Shown here in pieces: positions 45,095 through 54,945 of a DNA stretch of 58,881 nucleotides (the stretch's first letter is position 1; each line of letters begins with the position of its first letter). A model generated the notes under the pieces. The model made no database searches, was not told the origin of the DNA, and worked only from the letters and a program-made list of their open reading frames with translations. The position numbers were made by a program, and so were the translations under genes. The stretch covers positions 1 through 58,881 of IMG/VR virus record IMGVR_UViG_3300036767_001238, one strand, 5' to 3'. This DNA comes from a virus (Duplodnaviria; Caudoviricetes).

Positions 45095-47659
45095 CTATTC
45101 GTTTGGCCTGCGATATCGCCATTCGCGTTCGCCACCTTCGCGACGCTGATAGCGCTCCCAGCCTTTCTTCTTGAGATACCCAGAGACCCGCATCTGATCC
45201 GTCCGCGACCATCGCGCCGGTTCAGCTCCTATGGCCTCTTCCAATATCTCACCTACGGACACATCTCGCAGCGGCTCGTGGCGCAGAACGCTCTCACGAC
45301 GGGGCGGATCGAAGGATGAATAGCTATCCCCCACAACGCGAAGCTCGTGCGTCAGCCAGTGCTCGATCAGCCCGTCCCACGCGTCGGACTGGTATCGCTT
45401 GTCCTGCTCTTCGCGCGCCGATTTCAGGAGCTCCTTGTCCTCGATCCACCAGATGGCGCCATCCTTGAACCGTGCCACGGCCTCGGCCCAGAGCTGGTCC
45501 CGGTCCCGCGCGAGAGCATCGATGTCGATGTCGCCGCAGCGGATTGGCCAAAAGCGGCGGTTACCGGTTTCATCGCGTAGATAAGTGTCCGGGTTCACCG
45601 TGCCGGCAAAGACGCATTGGCGTTTGATCTCGACCGTGTGGCGACCATAGGGTGGCCGGAACCGGTCCGTGGTGCGGGTCAGGAACGCCTTGATACGCGA
45701 AACCTCGGCGCGGCCGATGGCGTCCAATTCCGCGATTTCGACGATCCAGACACCTTGCATGTGGATGGCTGCATCCTTGGACCCGAGGTCTGGCAACTCG
45801 TCCGTGAACCAGTCCTCGCCTGCCAGTATCTTGAGGGCTGTGGATTTGCGCGCGCCCTGCTCGCCCTCGAGGATTAGCATGTGGTCGGCCTTCACACCCG
45901 GCCGATAGACACGCGCAATGGCAGATATCAGCCACAGGCTTCCCATGGCATGGGTCAATTCCGTGGGCTCAGCGCCCAGGTAGCGGCTGGCCCAGGTCTC
46001 GAGGCGACCTGTGCCGTCCCATTGCAGGTGGTCGAGATAGGCGCGCACCGGGTGAATGCGGTGGTCGCGGGCGACTGCGCCGACCGAGCGGCCAACAACG
46101 AGGGGCGCAACATTCACTTCCCGGTGCTGAAGCCATTCGGCCAGCCGGATGTCGTCGCTGTCCTCCCACGGCCGCGGATAGTCCGTGTTCTGCTCATCCC
46201 AAGGCACTGGCTGCAACACGACCACCTCCTGGCGGAAGTCATCAAAGGCGATAGTGCCTGCAAAGGCCGGATCGGAGCTCAGCGCAATGATGACATTGGC
46301 CTCGTTGCGCTCGGGCGTTCCCGAAAGATCAAGGCGCAGCCGGTTCGCCCAAGCCGGGCGGGCAGCGGGCTTCATAAGGTCGCCGGTGCTGTTCAAACGG
46401 CGGCGCAGAACGCTGAGTTGCTTATCTAGGATCGACATTGCAATCCCGGTGCGCGCCTTGATCAGCGACAGCACATGGCGTTCTTCCATGGGCTCGAGCC
46501 GCGCCTTGACGATGCGCCCCATAAGGGTGCCCAACTCGGCGAGATCGGGCGGATTGGTGAGCCCCTCGGTTGCGGTGGCCAGCGCGTCGGCGGCAGGCTC
46601 CAGATCTGTGGCAGGCTTCGTCACGCCGCTGTCATCGCGCAAGAGCTTGCCCTCGGGGGTCGTTATTTGACTGCCGTAATCCGTCTTAACGGCCCCCCGC
46701 AGAAGATCGTCGTTGAAATCATCGCCATGGAGCGGGGCAATCACCTCGTTTGGGATGTCCGCCATGTTCAACCGGTCTGACAATGTTGCGGCCGCCTGAC
46801 GCCCTACCTCGCCCGCATCGGCAAAGATCGTGACGCGGCGTGTGCACTGAGGCCATTTGAACCTTGCTATGCCATCGGCCGATAAGGCCGCCCACACAGG
46901 TTTTCCAAAGATCGCGGCAGCCGCGAGCGCCGTCTCGATCCCCTCGGCCACACCCAGATGACCATCTTCAGGCAGCGGAAAGAGCCGCACCGCCGCTTCT
47001 GCGATCGTGCCCAACATCTTCTTGCCCGCAGGTGCCTTGCCGCTTCCGTCGTCCATGAGGAAGGTGCGATGGATGCCCCCGACTGGATCACCATTTGCCA
47101 GGCGCGGGATCGCCACCATGCCGGGCCAGCCACGTCGACTGTCGTAATCTGTGAGGTCAGGGTGAAACAGGAGATCCGGCGAGCCCGGATCTCTCAGCCC
47201 CCGCGACTGGAGATACGTTTCGGCAAGGCTTCCGGCCAGAGGCACGCACCCGTCCAGAATGCGGCGAATTTCAAGGCTGTGATCAGGGCGCGCTGGCGAA
47301 GCCGGTCGTGCTGGCAAGTCACGCTCCAGGCGAGCCAGACGGGCCGCCTCATCAAAGAGGCGCCCTTCGCTCATGCCCGTGGCGTGGTAGATCATGTCGA
47401 TTGGCCCCGCACGTTCGCCCGTCGCAAAATCGAAGCCCCAGCCTGCATAGGGCCCATCAAGATGGATGACACACGAGCCCTCACCGCGGGAACGGCGCCC
47501 GGAGAGGTCGGCGCACCGCATCGCGCGTTTATCATGGGTAAGCTTTGCCTCCGGGAAGAGAGGGGGCAGCCAATCGCGGGCCGTGGCCGCGAGCCGCGCC
47601 TTGATAGCGGTCAAGTCATGTCGGGCGGTGGGGATGAAGACATCGTTGAGGTCGATCAC
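45095..47659 (-). CDS. Toprim primase fused to VapE/VirE-family helicase
   Basis: YL.SRG, IHRTFL, EGIETAL, FADAG; GEQGARKST Walker A, EIAELD, LRDETGNRRFWP. Confidence 0.92.
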   Translation of the reverse strand: MIDLNDVFIPTARHDLTAIKARLAATARDWLPPLFPEAKLTHDKRAMRCADLSGRRSRGEGSCVIHLDGPYAGWGFDFATGERAGPIDMIYHATGMSEGRLFDEAARLARLERDLPARPASPARPDHSLEIRRILDGCVPLAGSLAETYLQSRGLRDPGSPDLLFHPDLTDYDSRRGWPGMVAIPRLANGDPVGGIHRTFLMDDGSGKAPAGKKMLGTIAEAAVRLFPLPEDGHLGVAEGIETALAAAAIFGKPVWAALSADGIARFKWPQCTRRVTIFADAGEVGRQAAATLSDRLNMADIPNEVIAPLHGDDFNDDLLRGAVKTDYGSQITTPEGKLLRDDSGVTKPATDLEPAADALATATEGLTNPPDLAELGTLMGRIVKARLEPMEERHVLSLIKARTGIAMSILDKQLSVLRRRLNSTGDLMKPAARPAWANRLRLDLSGTPERNEANVIIALSSDPAFAGTIAFDDFRQEVVVLQPVPWDEQNTDYPRPWEDSDDIRLAEWLQHREVNVAPLVVGRSVGAVARDHRIHPVRAYLDHLQWDGTGRLETWASRYLGAEPTELTHAMGSLWLISAIARVYRPGVKADHMLILEGEQGARKSTALKILAGEDWFTDELPDLGSKDAAIHMQGVWIVEIAELDAIGRAEVSRIKAFLTRTTDRFRPPYGRHTVEIKRQCVFAGTVNPDTYLRDETGNRRFWPIRCGDIDIDALARDRDQLWAEAVARFKDGAIWWIEDKELLKSAREEQDKRYQSDAWDGLIEHWLTHELRVVGDSYSSFDPPRRESVLRHEPLRDVSVGEILEEAIGAEPARWSRTDQMRVSGYLKKKGWERYQRREGGEREWRYRRPNE

Positions 47660-47669
47660 GGGCCATACC

Positions 47670-48989
47670 TCATGCAAGCAGCACAAGGCCGCGCTCCGCG
47701 CGGGTGATCGCGGTGTAGAGCCATCGGCGGCGGTCAAGCTCGCTGCGACCAAGCCCATCATCCCAGACGATCACATTCTCCCACTGCGATCCTTGCGCCT
47801 TGTGCGCGGTGATCGCCCAACCAAACGTCGCCTCGATCAGATGCTTTTTCTCCTTCCAATCCCGATCATGGCGCGTGCGATCAAAATCGATATGGTCCTC
47901 AAAATGTCCCTTGTAGATGCGCAGACGGCCAGGTTTGCCATTGGGGTGAGGCGTTCCCACCTCACGGCCGTCCTCGTCCGTCACCACGGCCGAGAAGTAG
48001 AGGCTGCCCTCGTCCACGATCTCTTCGAGCGTTAGGAACATGCCATTGATCAACCCGAGGTCATTCTGGTTCTTCAGGCAGATGATCTTCTCGGCAGCTC
48101 CTGACGGCAGGACGCCACCGGCCAGACCGGCCGCCTCGCGCATGGCATTGTTCAACTGCAGCCGCGTCGCGTTCATGCCGCAAATCAGCTGCCCGCCGCG
48201 TAGCGCCTGATCGGGTGTGATATCGGCCTTGTGCATCTTGGCGACATGGTCGTCATAGCTGCCGAAGCCAATCGGCTGGCCCTCGCGCGCCATGGTGGCC
48301 AGACGGATGATGGCGCTCTCGGATGCCTGTCGGTGAATTTCGGTCAACATCACATCCGGAGCGACGTTGGTGAACGCCCCGTTTCCCTTGATCGGGGGAA
48401 GCTGACCGGGATCACCCAGCACAAGGATGGGTTTCTTGAAGCTCATCAAATCCCGCGCCATCTCCTCGCCCACCATGGACACCTCATCAAGCACGATCAG
48501 TTTGGCGTCGGCGGCATCGCTTTGTGTGTTCAGCGCAAAGCGGGGCTTTTTCATCGCCGATAGCGCCTGGCGCATTGCCTCAATTCCAGCCTCCGCCGCT
48601 GTCCGATCGAACCCGGACAAAGATCTGACGCTGATTTCTGCCTCGCGCACTTTCTGCGCTACCGCTGCGATTTCCTCTTCTGTGGCCTCCGACACAGAAT
48701 AAATCAGACTGTGAATGGTGCGCGCAGGCGTGCCCTTTCGACTCAAGACCAGCGCGGCCTTGCCTGTGAAGGTAGCGGTGACGACGCCCGGCACGCAGGT
48801 GCCTTCGCGGGCGCTCCGGTGTGGCGAAAGGCCCAGTTCATCAAGTGCAAACTTCAGCACGGTAGATTTTCCGCTTCCCGCGTAGCCAAAAAGCCGGAAA
48901 ACCTGCTGCTCATGGGTTCGGGTTTCAAACCAAGACTTGATCGCGCGGATGGCAGCCGCCTGACTATTGGAGGGCGTGAAACTGGTCAT
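47670..48989 (-). CDS. RecD/Dda-like SF1 helicase
   Basis: GYAGSGKST, DEVSMV, GDPGQLPP, HRQA, TAHKAQGS, YTAITRA. Confidence 0.93.
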   Translation of the reverse strand: MTSFTPSNSQAAAIRAIKSWFETRTHEQQVFRLFGYAGSGKSTVLKFALDELGLSPHRSAREGTCVPGVVTATFTGKAALVLSRKGTPARTIHSLIYSVSEATEEEIAAVAQKVREAEISVRSLSGFDRTAAEAGIEAMRQALSAMKKPRFALNTQSDAADAKLIVLDEVSMVGEEMARDLMSFKKPILVLGDPGQLPPIKGNGAFTNVAPDVMLTEIHRQASESAIIRLATMAREGQPIGFGSYDDHVAKMHKADITPDQALRGGQLICGMNATRLQLNNAMREAAGLAGGVLPSGAAEKIICLKNQNDLGLINGMFLTLEEIVDEGSLYFSAVVTDEDGREVGTPHPNGKPGRLRIYKGHFEDHIDFDRTRHDRDWKEKKHLIEATFGWAITAHKAQGSQWENVIVWDDGLGRSELDRRRWLYTAITRAERGLVLLA

Positions 48990-49732
48990 GCGGCTGTTCC
49001 CTTTACGATGTAATCCTTGACCACGCCTCCCTGTGCGGGGTCGCCGACCTGGCATTGGCGAACAAAGACACGGCGGCCGTCTGCGAGTTGGCGCCAATGG
49101 CCACGGCGGATATGCCATCGCGGGCTGGCATGGGTGCCGCCCTGCGGCGCGCTTTTCGCACGCAGCCGCTCCGGATCGATCGTGATTTGATGCCAGGTCC
49201 AGCCGCGAACGCCTGCCTTCGAATATTTTCGGCGCAAAGCTGGCATGATGGTTCGCGGCTTCACCTCTGCCACCTGAGACAGGATGCTCAGGGCCCGCCA
49301 GACGATGCCAGTCGCAACCTCGCCGTAAATGCTGATCTCATCCTCGCCCAGCTTTGGGTTCGGGTATCCTTCGGCCAACCCGGGTTCGGAGAAGACGGCG
49401 TGGATCAGGCAATCCGTCCATTTTCGCTTGCGCTGGTCCTTGAAGACAAAGGCTGCTTCGACGCGATCGTCAAACTGACGCGCATAGACCAACAGTGAGG
49501 CGCGTTCCGGTGCCCGGTCCTTGACCTCGAAAACGACGCAAGGGTGCGGCAGCCGGAGCGGTCCAGCAATGATTTGCGTGCGCAGTGCACCGACTTCGTC
49601 GCTGTCGAAGCTTTCCTGATCGTCGAAATAATAGACCGGCGCAGTCTCGATGCCTTCAAAGAGAAAGCCGAAGGTCGATATCTGCCGAAACCGGGACGCG
49701 ATGCGCTTGAATTCATATGCCTGAGGGATCAT
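48986..49732 (-). CDS. Conserved phage hypothetical protein (SPR.H.RRGH.R motif)
   Basis: GGTHASPRWHIRRGHWR; ATGA coupling on both sides. Confidence 0.75.
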   Translation of the reverse strand: MIPQAYEFKRIASRFRQISTFGFLFEGIETAPVYYFDDQESFDSDEVGALRTQIIAGPLRLPHPCVVFEVKDRAPERASLLVYARQFDDRVEAAFVFKDQRKRKWTDCLIHAVFSEPGLAEGYPNPKLGEDEISIYGEVATGIVWRALSILSQVAEVKPRTIMPALRRKYSKAGVRGWTWHQITIDPERLRAKSAPQGGTHASPRWHIRRGHWRQLADGRRVFVRQCQVGDPAQGGVVKDYIVKGTAA

Positions 49733-50526
49733 GACTTCGCCCTCCAGCACTGCTGAGCCCAGGCACAGGGTGGATGCCAATGGCCCGCAGCCATGCCACC
49801 CTTGCAGACAACCGAGGTCGGCTCGGCCGCCTCGCGCGGCAGCAAGTCCTGTGCATCCGACGCCCGCACCACGGCGACAGCGCGATCGCTCATCTGCTGG
49901 GCAAGTGCTGCATCGAATGGCACCAGTTCCGCATAGATTTCCATCGTGTCGCGATTGAGCGCGGTGAAGAGCGCCGGGTTCGGCAGCTCCAGATAGGCTT
50001 GGTAGAGCGCGATCTGCGCCGCGTAGACAGGCTTTGAAACGATAACCCCGCGTTTGACCGTGTCCTTCCAACTCGAGGCCCCGAGCGCCTTGGTTTCCCA
50101 AAGTGCGGGATAGGACATCTGGATCGGGCCACTGACGATGCAGCCATCAATATGGCCCTTGAACCGTCCGCCCAGAGCCGTGAAGCCGAACTGCCGACCA
50201 TCGTCGCGCTCGGTGCGCAGATCAAACCCCGCCAGGCGCATCCAGCTGGCGACCATATCCTCGCCGCGATGTCCCGCCTCAAAAATACGGAGGGTTCTGG
50301 GCGTGAAGTCCTGACCTTCGTCTTTTGGCACGGCCAGATAATCATACTGAATCTGCCGCAGGCAGGCGCGGCCAAGACCAGAAGAGCTGACATAGCGACG
50401 CGGACGCTCGCTGCGCTGTCGGGCGCCAAGGCCGATGTCTATCGCATCGCTGAGAGCTGTGGTGATGTCGGGCGTGGGGCGCGCGGTCGCGTATTGCGCG
50501 CCAGACCCATGGTTCAGATCAATCAT
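49729..50526 (-). CDS. Cas4-like PD-(D/E)xK exonuclease
   Basis: S.LG..C.R, GHIDG, E.K, Y..Q..LY, three C-terminal Cys. Confidence 0.85.
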   Translation of the reverse strand: MIDLNHGSGAQYATARPTPDITTALSDAIDIGLGARQRSERPRRYVSSSGLGRACLRQIQYDYLAVPKDEGQDFTPRTLRIFEAGHRGEDMVASWMRLAGFDLRTERDDGRQFGFTALGGRFKGHIDGCIVSGPIQMSYPALWETKALGASSWKDTVKRGVIVSKPVYAAQIALYQAYLELPNPALFTALNRDTMEIYAELVPFDAALAQQMSDRAVAVVRASDAQDLLPREAAEPTSVVCKGGMAAGHWHPPCAWAQQCWRAKS

Positions 50527-50537
50527 GGGGGAACACC

Positions 50538-50966
50538 TCAAAATGGAATAGGGTCTTCAGGCAGGCGGCCATCGCGTTCCGGCTGCGCGCCTTGGGTCTG
50601 CATGCTCTCGATGTAGCCGGTGACCGCTGCTTCAATTAGCTGGTCGATCTCGGCCGCTGTGCGGTCAAAAAACGGGGTCATCAAACCAAGCGCCGTCAAT
50701 GCTTCCGCAAAATCCTTGCGCGCATCGCGGATGGCCTGTGCCTCGCGGGCTGTTTTATCAATCATTCCGTGGCTCCTCTTGGCGAGGTCCGCGCCGATGT
50801 CCTGACACCGGCGCGAACAGAATTTGTGGAACGGGAACTGCGACCACTGGAGGCGTAGGCAGAAGCCGAAGCCCTGGGCTTCTCGCGCGCAAAGCGCGCA
50901 GACACCTGGGCTCCGCTCGTTCGCGGCGGAAACCCTCCCCCGAAGGGTTTCCGAGACGCCGCTCAC
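50538..50966 (-). CDS. DUF6511-like Zn-finger protein
   Basis: CALC...FCSRRCQ, ends D.IPF; GTG start coupled to the upstream stop. Confidence 0.7.
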   Translation of the reverse strand: MSGVSETLRGRVSAANERSPGVCALCAREAQGFGFCLRLQWSQFPFHKFCSRRCQDIGADLAKRSHGMIDKTAREAQAIRDARKDFAEALTALGLMTPFFDRTAAEIDQLIEAAVTGYIESMQTQGAQPERDGRLPEDPIPF

Positions 50967-51190
50967 CCCATCAGCAGGTTTTCGAGCTCCGGATGCGCCG
51001 CCGGTTCCTCCCGTATCTTGACGGAGGCCAGAACGACGAACCGGCTGATGGCCACCGAGGCCATGGCGTCGAGATCCGCGAGCCGCAGGCTTGCGATGGG
51101 ACGATCCAATCTTCCGCGGGCCTCGAGCCATTTGCCGATCTCCTTTGCCGCTTCGCGCGTGACATGCGCCTGCCATTCATCCGGGGTCAT
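50963..51190 (-). CDS. Small hypothetical protein
   Basis: 75 aa in the early operon. Confidence 0.7.
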   Translation of the reverse strand: MTPDEWQAHVTREAAKEIGKWLEARGRLDRPIASLRLADLDAMASVAISRFVVLASVKIREEPAAHPELENLLMG

Positions 51191-51194
51191 GGGC

Positions 51195-51914
51195 TCAGCT
51201 GTTCAACCAGGCCGGAGCACCCCCAGGTGTTGCCGCCGATGTGGACGCGCTAGGCTGTGCTTGCGCGGCTGAGCCCTGCTGCGGCGCGTTGGACCAGCCC
51301 GTCTGGGCAGGGGCTTGTGCGTTCCAGGCTGCCGGCACCGCCGCTGGTGATTTGCGTGGCGGCGCATTGACCGGCTCGGGCGAGACGGTTTCTCCGCGCA
51401 TGATCGCGGCGTAGGTCGGCTCATTGGGCAGCACCACATTCGCGATCTTGTTGCTGTCGCGGTAGTTCGGGTTGTCCGGGGCCTCGACCATGATCCGCGC
51501 GGCAAATGTGATGCCATCAAGCTGCTTGAGCCCAGCGATCACGCGCTTGGAACGGGTCGCCTCGCTCAAATCGTCAGGTTTGAGACCAAGGGCACTGTCG
51601 ATCATCGCCCGGAAGGCGCTTTTCGAGATGTTCCAGCCCTTCGATTGACCTTTTTCGTCGAGCTTGCCGCCCGCAACGGTGAAATTCTGCCAGAACTTGC
51701 GCCGCGCATAGGGTCCCTCGGTCACGGTGAATTCACAGTCGAGCATCTTCGCATCGCTGTGCGGCGAGGCCTTCAAGAGCCCCGCATCCATTTCACTGGC
51801 GCCATTTGCACCACCGGGGCGGAGTTTCATCATCACCTTGGCAAAGGTGCCATCGGGGATCAGCTCGCCCATCGGGGCCATTTGCGGTCCGGCGTCGTTC
51901 AAATCAAAACTCAT
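51195..51914 (-). CDS. Probable ssDNA-binding protein (DUF669-like)
   Basis: LIP.GT, EFTV.EG.YA.RKFW, low-complexity tail ending PAW; next to the Sak4-like ATPase. Confidence 0.7.
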   Translation of the reverse strand: MSFDLNDAGPQMAPMGELIPDGTFAKVMMKLRPGGANGASEMDAGLLKASPHSDAKMLDCEFTVTEGPYARRKFWQNFTVAGGKLDEKGQSKGWNISKSAFRAMIDSALGLKPDDLSEATRSKRVIAGLKQLDGITFAARIMVEAPDNPNYRDSNKIANVVLPNEPTYAAIMRGETVSPEPVNAPPRKSPAAVPAAWNAQAPAQTGWSNAPQQGSAAQAQPSASTSAATPGGAPAWLNS

Positions 51915-51933
51915 GGGAGTTGTCCTTTCCTGT

Positions 51934-52797
51934 TTAGACGGAGGATGCGGTGGGAGGGTTCAGTGCCGCGCGGCCATCAATCTTGGCCAGCAGCGCTGCG
52001 AGGTCCGGCGGCTCAGTCATGTCGAGTCGGCCCGAGCGATCCTTCGCGGGTAAGCCCCAAGGATTGCCGGATTTGCACACGAGGCGGCGGTCGGTGGATG
52101 TCACATCGAGCGTCCAGGCCTCGTCTACATCCTTGCCAAAAAGCTGCATGGAGATGACCTGATCGACGATGCCGGGCAATTCACGGCCCGCTTTGGTGCC
52201 TTCCATTTGCGGCACCCAAGACGACGCCCCGTACTCATCAGTGACTTTTTCCAGCACCCCGACAAAAATGACGGTCTTGCCACGCGCATGCTGCAGGTGC
52301 TTCAGCGCCTGAATCACCTCGCGGCCCAGTAGCCCATAAGCTCCCCGAACATCTGGTTTACCCGTACGGTCTGAAAACGCCTCCGGCTGCTGTTTGGCAT
52401 AGGCCATCGCTTGGCGCGTCAGATCGGTGATGCTGTCGACGAAAATGATCGAGCGGTCTTTCAGAAAGGCTTCCAGCCCGCTTTCGGCATATTTCGTCTG
52501 CACATGGGCGTGGTACTCGGGGCCATAATAGCTGCCTGGGTGCTGCGCTGGATCCGGACCTCCGATCAGGATCACCAGATCCCGGAAATCAGGAAAACTG
52601 CGGATCGGGATGCTGGGCCCGCGCCAGTCCTGCACGGATTTCATGCCAGCCTCGAGGTCGAAACACACTGCCTTGTCTGCGGGCAGCGTCTTGATCAGCG
52701 TGGTTTTGCCCACACCCGGCGGGCCGAATACCGCCAGCGACGTCTTGTTTTCAGATGCCGACAATCGTTCGTCGGCGGTGATGATGCGCAATGCCAT
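51934..52797 (-). CDS. AAA_24 ATPase (Sak4-like recombinase)
   Basis: GPPGVGKT, DLEAG, VDSIT, AKDRSG.L...EPP.L. Confidence 0.88.
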   Translation of the reverse strand: MALRIITADERLSASENKTSLAVFGPPGVGKTTLIKTLPADKAVCFDLEAGMKSVQDWRGPSIPIRSFPDFRDLVILIGGPDPAQHPGSYYGPEYHAHVQTKYAESGLEAFLKDRSIIFVDSITDLTRQAMAYAKQQPEAFSDRTGKPDVRGAYGLLGREVIQALKHLQHARGKTVIFVGVLEKVTDEYGASSWVPQMEGTKAGRELPGIVDQVISMQLFGKDVDEAWTLDVTSTDRRLVCKSGNPWGLPAKDRSGRLDMTEPPDLAALLAKIDGRAALNPPTASSV

Positions 52798-52902
52798 GGC
52801 GCGCTCCTTTGGTTGGGTGAAAAATCAACGGCGGCGGGGGGTGACCGGGCGCCGAAGGGGAGCCTGCCCAGCCTTTCGGTCAGGGCGTCCCCGCCGCCGC
52901 AT

Positions 52903-53388
52903 TCAGGGGGCTTTGGCCGGCTCGAGCTTGAAGCTGGCCTTGCCAGAGCCGACGGTTCGCGCAGGCTCGAAGCCTTTGTGCCATGCTTCAGGCAGCGCCC
53001 CGTACTTGCGCTCCGAGACCGTCAGCTTGGTGTCGATGAACTCGGCCGGGTCCTCGCCGCTGTCGGCAATGTTCCGGGCAATCTGCGCCAACGCCTCCTG
53101 GTCCCAGTCGACGCGCTTCGGCAGATCAGCGATCACGGTGTAATCGCCATCAGCGAGGCGCACCGTGCCGGTGTCCTTGCCGCAGGCGCGCCGCGCTTCG
53201 GCGGCGCGGGTGGCGTAGCGCACCTCCAGAGCGGTGCTGAACCGCGCTGTGGCAGCCTTCAGCTGTTTGGTGGCATGGGCCAGTTCGGCCTGCAGGCTGG
53301 CGAGCAATTCCACCGGCATCTGCGCCAGATCGCCGGTCGGCATGTTGAGCATGTCGTCCACGCTCGGGGTGTTTTCGGGGTAGGTCAT
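52903..53388 (-). CDS. Conserved phage hypothetical protein
   Basis: GKDTGTVR...DLPKRVDWDQ...F..ARTV..GK. Confidence 0.75.
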   Translation of the reverse strand: MTYPENTPSVDDMLNMPTGDLAQMPVELLASLQAELAHATKQLKAATARFSTALEVRYATRAAEARRACGKDTGTVRLADGDYTVIADLPKRVDWDQEALAQIARNIADSGEDPAEFIDTKLTVSERKYGALPEAWHKGFEPARTVGSGKASFKLEPAKAP

Positions 53389-53413
53389 GAGGGGTTCCTT
53401 TTCGGGGGATGGG

Positions 53414-53743
53414 TCAGGCAGCTGCCGCCAGCTGCTTCACTGAAGCGGATGGAACAGCGCCCTTGTGCGGGCGGGCGATGGCGAGATAGGCGAACCGGTC
53501 CGGGCCAAGGCGTTCCTGAACAAGGTGGATGCGACCGAGCTCAGAAAGCCGGTACGCTGCGTTTGCCGTGGCGCGCAAATCCTCAAGCGCGGGTTTGCCA
53601 AGCGTCGAGACATTGGGCGTCGTATCGACCACCAGAAAGCCGCGGTGATAGACGAGGCGCGCGCCAGGCTCGGCGACGTCAACCCACGCCATCAGCGTGA
53701 TTTCCGAAACTACGGGCGCACTGGTTGAGAGATGCGCGATCAT
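53414..53743 (-). CDS. Hypothetical protein (YHRGFL motif)
   Basis: W...A.PG..L.YHRGFL...HLVQ.R; ATGA overlap with the upstream gene. Confidence 0.75.
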   Translation of the reverse strand: MIAHLSTSAPVVSEITLMAWVDVAEPGARLVYHRGFLVVDTTPNVSTLGKPALEDLRATANAAYRLSELGRIHLVQERLGPDRFAYLAIARPHKGAVPSASVKQLAAAA

Positions 53744-53964
53744 GCGGCGCACTCAACAAGGGTCAGAGCCGGCGCTGGTCCGGCAGCCTCGATATGCTTG
53801 GCCTCAAAGGCCTGGATATCAGTCTGGCGATAGCGCACATGCCGGCCAATTCGGACGAATTGCGGCCCACGGCCTTCAGCGCGCCAACGTTCCAGGGTGC
53901 GCGGCGCAATGTTCCAGCGCCGGGACAAGAGCTTCGTGCTCAATAGGGTGTGATCTTGTTCCAT
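53740..53964 (-). CDS. AlpA/excisionase-like HTH protein
   Basis: LSRRWNIAPRTLERWRAEGRGPQFVRIG..VRY...DI..FE. Confidence 0.88.
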   Translation of the reverse strand: MEQDHTLLSTKLLSRRWNIAPRTLERWRAEGRGPQFVRIGRHVRYRQTDIQAFEAKHIEAAGPAPALTLVECAA

Positions 53965-54008
53965 GGCGGTCCTCATCGAGTTGATGAGGGCAACTTGCCA
54001 AACCCTTG

Positions 54009-54143
54009 GGTTGGAGGTCGTGGCATGAATGGTCGGTGATAGAATTTATTTTTTGTTGGAAAATCAATGGTCGGAAAATTTTCGGTTGGAGCTCCAACCC
54101 AACACCAACCATTCACCAACCGAGCTCCGACCGAACACCGACC
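54009..54143. promoter_or_regulatory. Helically phased CCRACC array upstream of the early operon
   Basis: CCRACC at 54094, 54105, 54116, 54127, 54138 (11-bp period); reverse GGTYGG at 54009, 54031, 54069, 54084. Confidence 0.75.
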
Positions 54144-54196
54144 GAAGTGCACTGCTCAGTTCGCGCCAAAATCGAATCACGGTGATCGCCGGACAC

Positions 54197-54220
54197 AAAA
54201 AAGCCCGCGCGAAGCGGGCC
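54197..54220 (-). terminator. Intrinsic terminator after the 54242-54940 gene
   Basis: Minus strand ggcccgc ttcgc gcgggc tttttt. Confidence 0.6.
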
Positions 54221-54241
54221 TGTTCAGCGTGAGGTTCGGTA

Positions 54242-54940
54242 TCAGGGGCCGACACGCATCGTCACCACCAAGGCGGGTTCGAGCATGTAATAGCCTCGGC
54301 GCTTTACGACGGGATGCACGATGTCGCGCCACCCCTTCCGGCTGGAAAACAAATAGCTAAGCTTCAAGGAGGCTGAACCTGCCGCCGCCAAAATCTGAGC
54401 GCCGCGCTGCTCTGGGTCACCCGTGATGGCGCAGATGAACAAATAGTTCAAAGCGCGCGCCTGCATGTCTGTAAAAAGATAGTGCTGTCCATTCAGATCA
54501 AAGGACAAAAACCGATCATAATCATTGGCATGGGGCGCACCCACAGCCATAATCGTCGCCTCAAAATGCTCGCGCTCAGCAGCACGGACAAGCAGCGCGT
54601 CGCGATAGACCACCCAGTCAGTTCCGCCCTCTGACGTTGTCACGAAACCACCGTTTTGAGCAAAGGACGGGACAGAACAGGCCTGCTTGCGCAGCACCCG
54701 CATCGCATCACGCCGTTCCAGATCCACTACCCCCTCGAAGTCAGGGTTGCACCGGCCGGGCCGGTCTTTCCGGTCAGCAACGACGAAAGAGCCATAGACG
54801 CGGACTGACAGGGTCAGTTGGCCCATCTCCACGACGTAGCCCAGCTCCGACTCGGAGATGCCCCAGTCCGCCAGAACCTCCTGTAGGGTGAAATAGTCTC
54901 GTGGAATCAACACTGGCGGCAGCCTCCTTTGTTCACTCAA
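54242..54940 (-). CDS. Hypothetical protein divergent from cI, possibly a regulator (start uncertain)
   Basis: N-terminal YFTL.EV...W and C-terminal wHTH-like LF.....W...V......GYY. Confidence 0.7.
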   Translation of the reverse strand: MSEQRRLPPVLIPRDYFTLQEVLADWGISESELGYVVEMGQLTLSVRVYGSFVVADRKDRPGRCNPDFEGVVDLERRDAMRVLRKQACSVPSFAQNGGFVTTSEGGTDWVVYRDALLVRAAEREHFEATIMAVGAPHANDYDRFLSFDLNGQHYLFTDMQARALNYLFICAITGDPEQRGAQILAAAGSASLKLSYLFSSRKGWRDIVHPVVKRRGYYMLEPALVVTMRVGP

Positions 54941-54945
54941 TGTTC
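54931..54945. promoter_or_regulatory. LexA (SOS) box GTTC-N7-GTTC
   Basis: gttc actcaat gttc at the 5' end of the gene divergent from cI. Confidence 0.7.

Noticed and set aside
49729-50526. CRISPR-Cas system suggested by the Cas4-like nuclease
   Set aside because: No cas1/cas2 or array; the context is a phage recombination module
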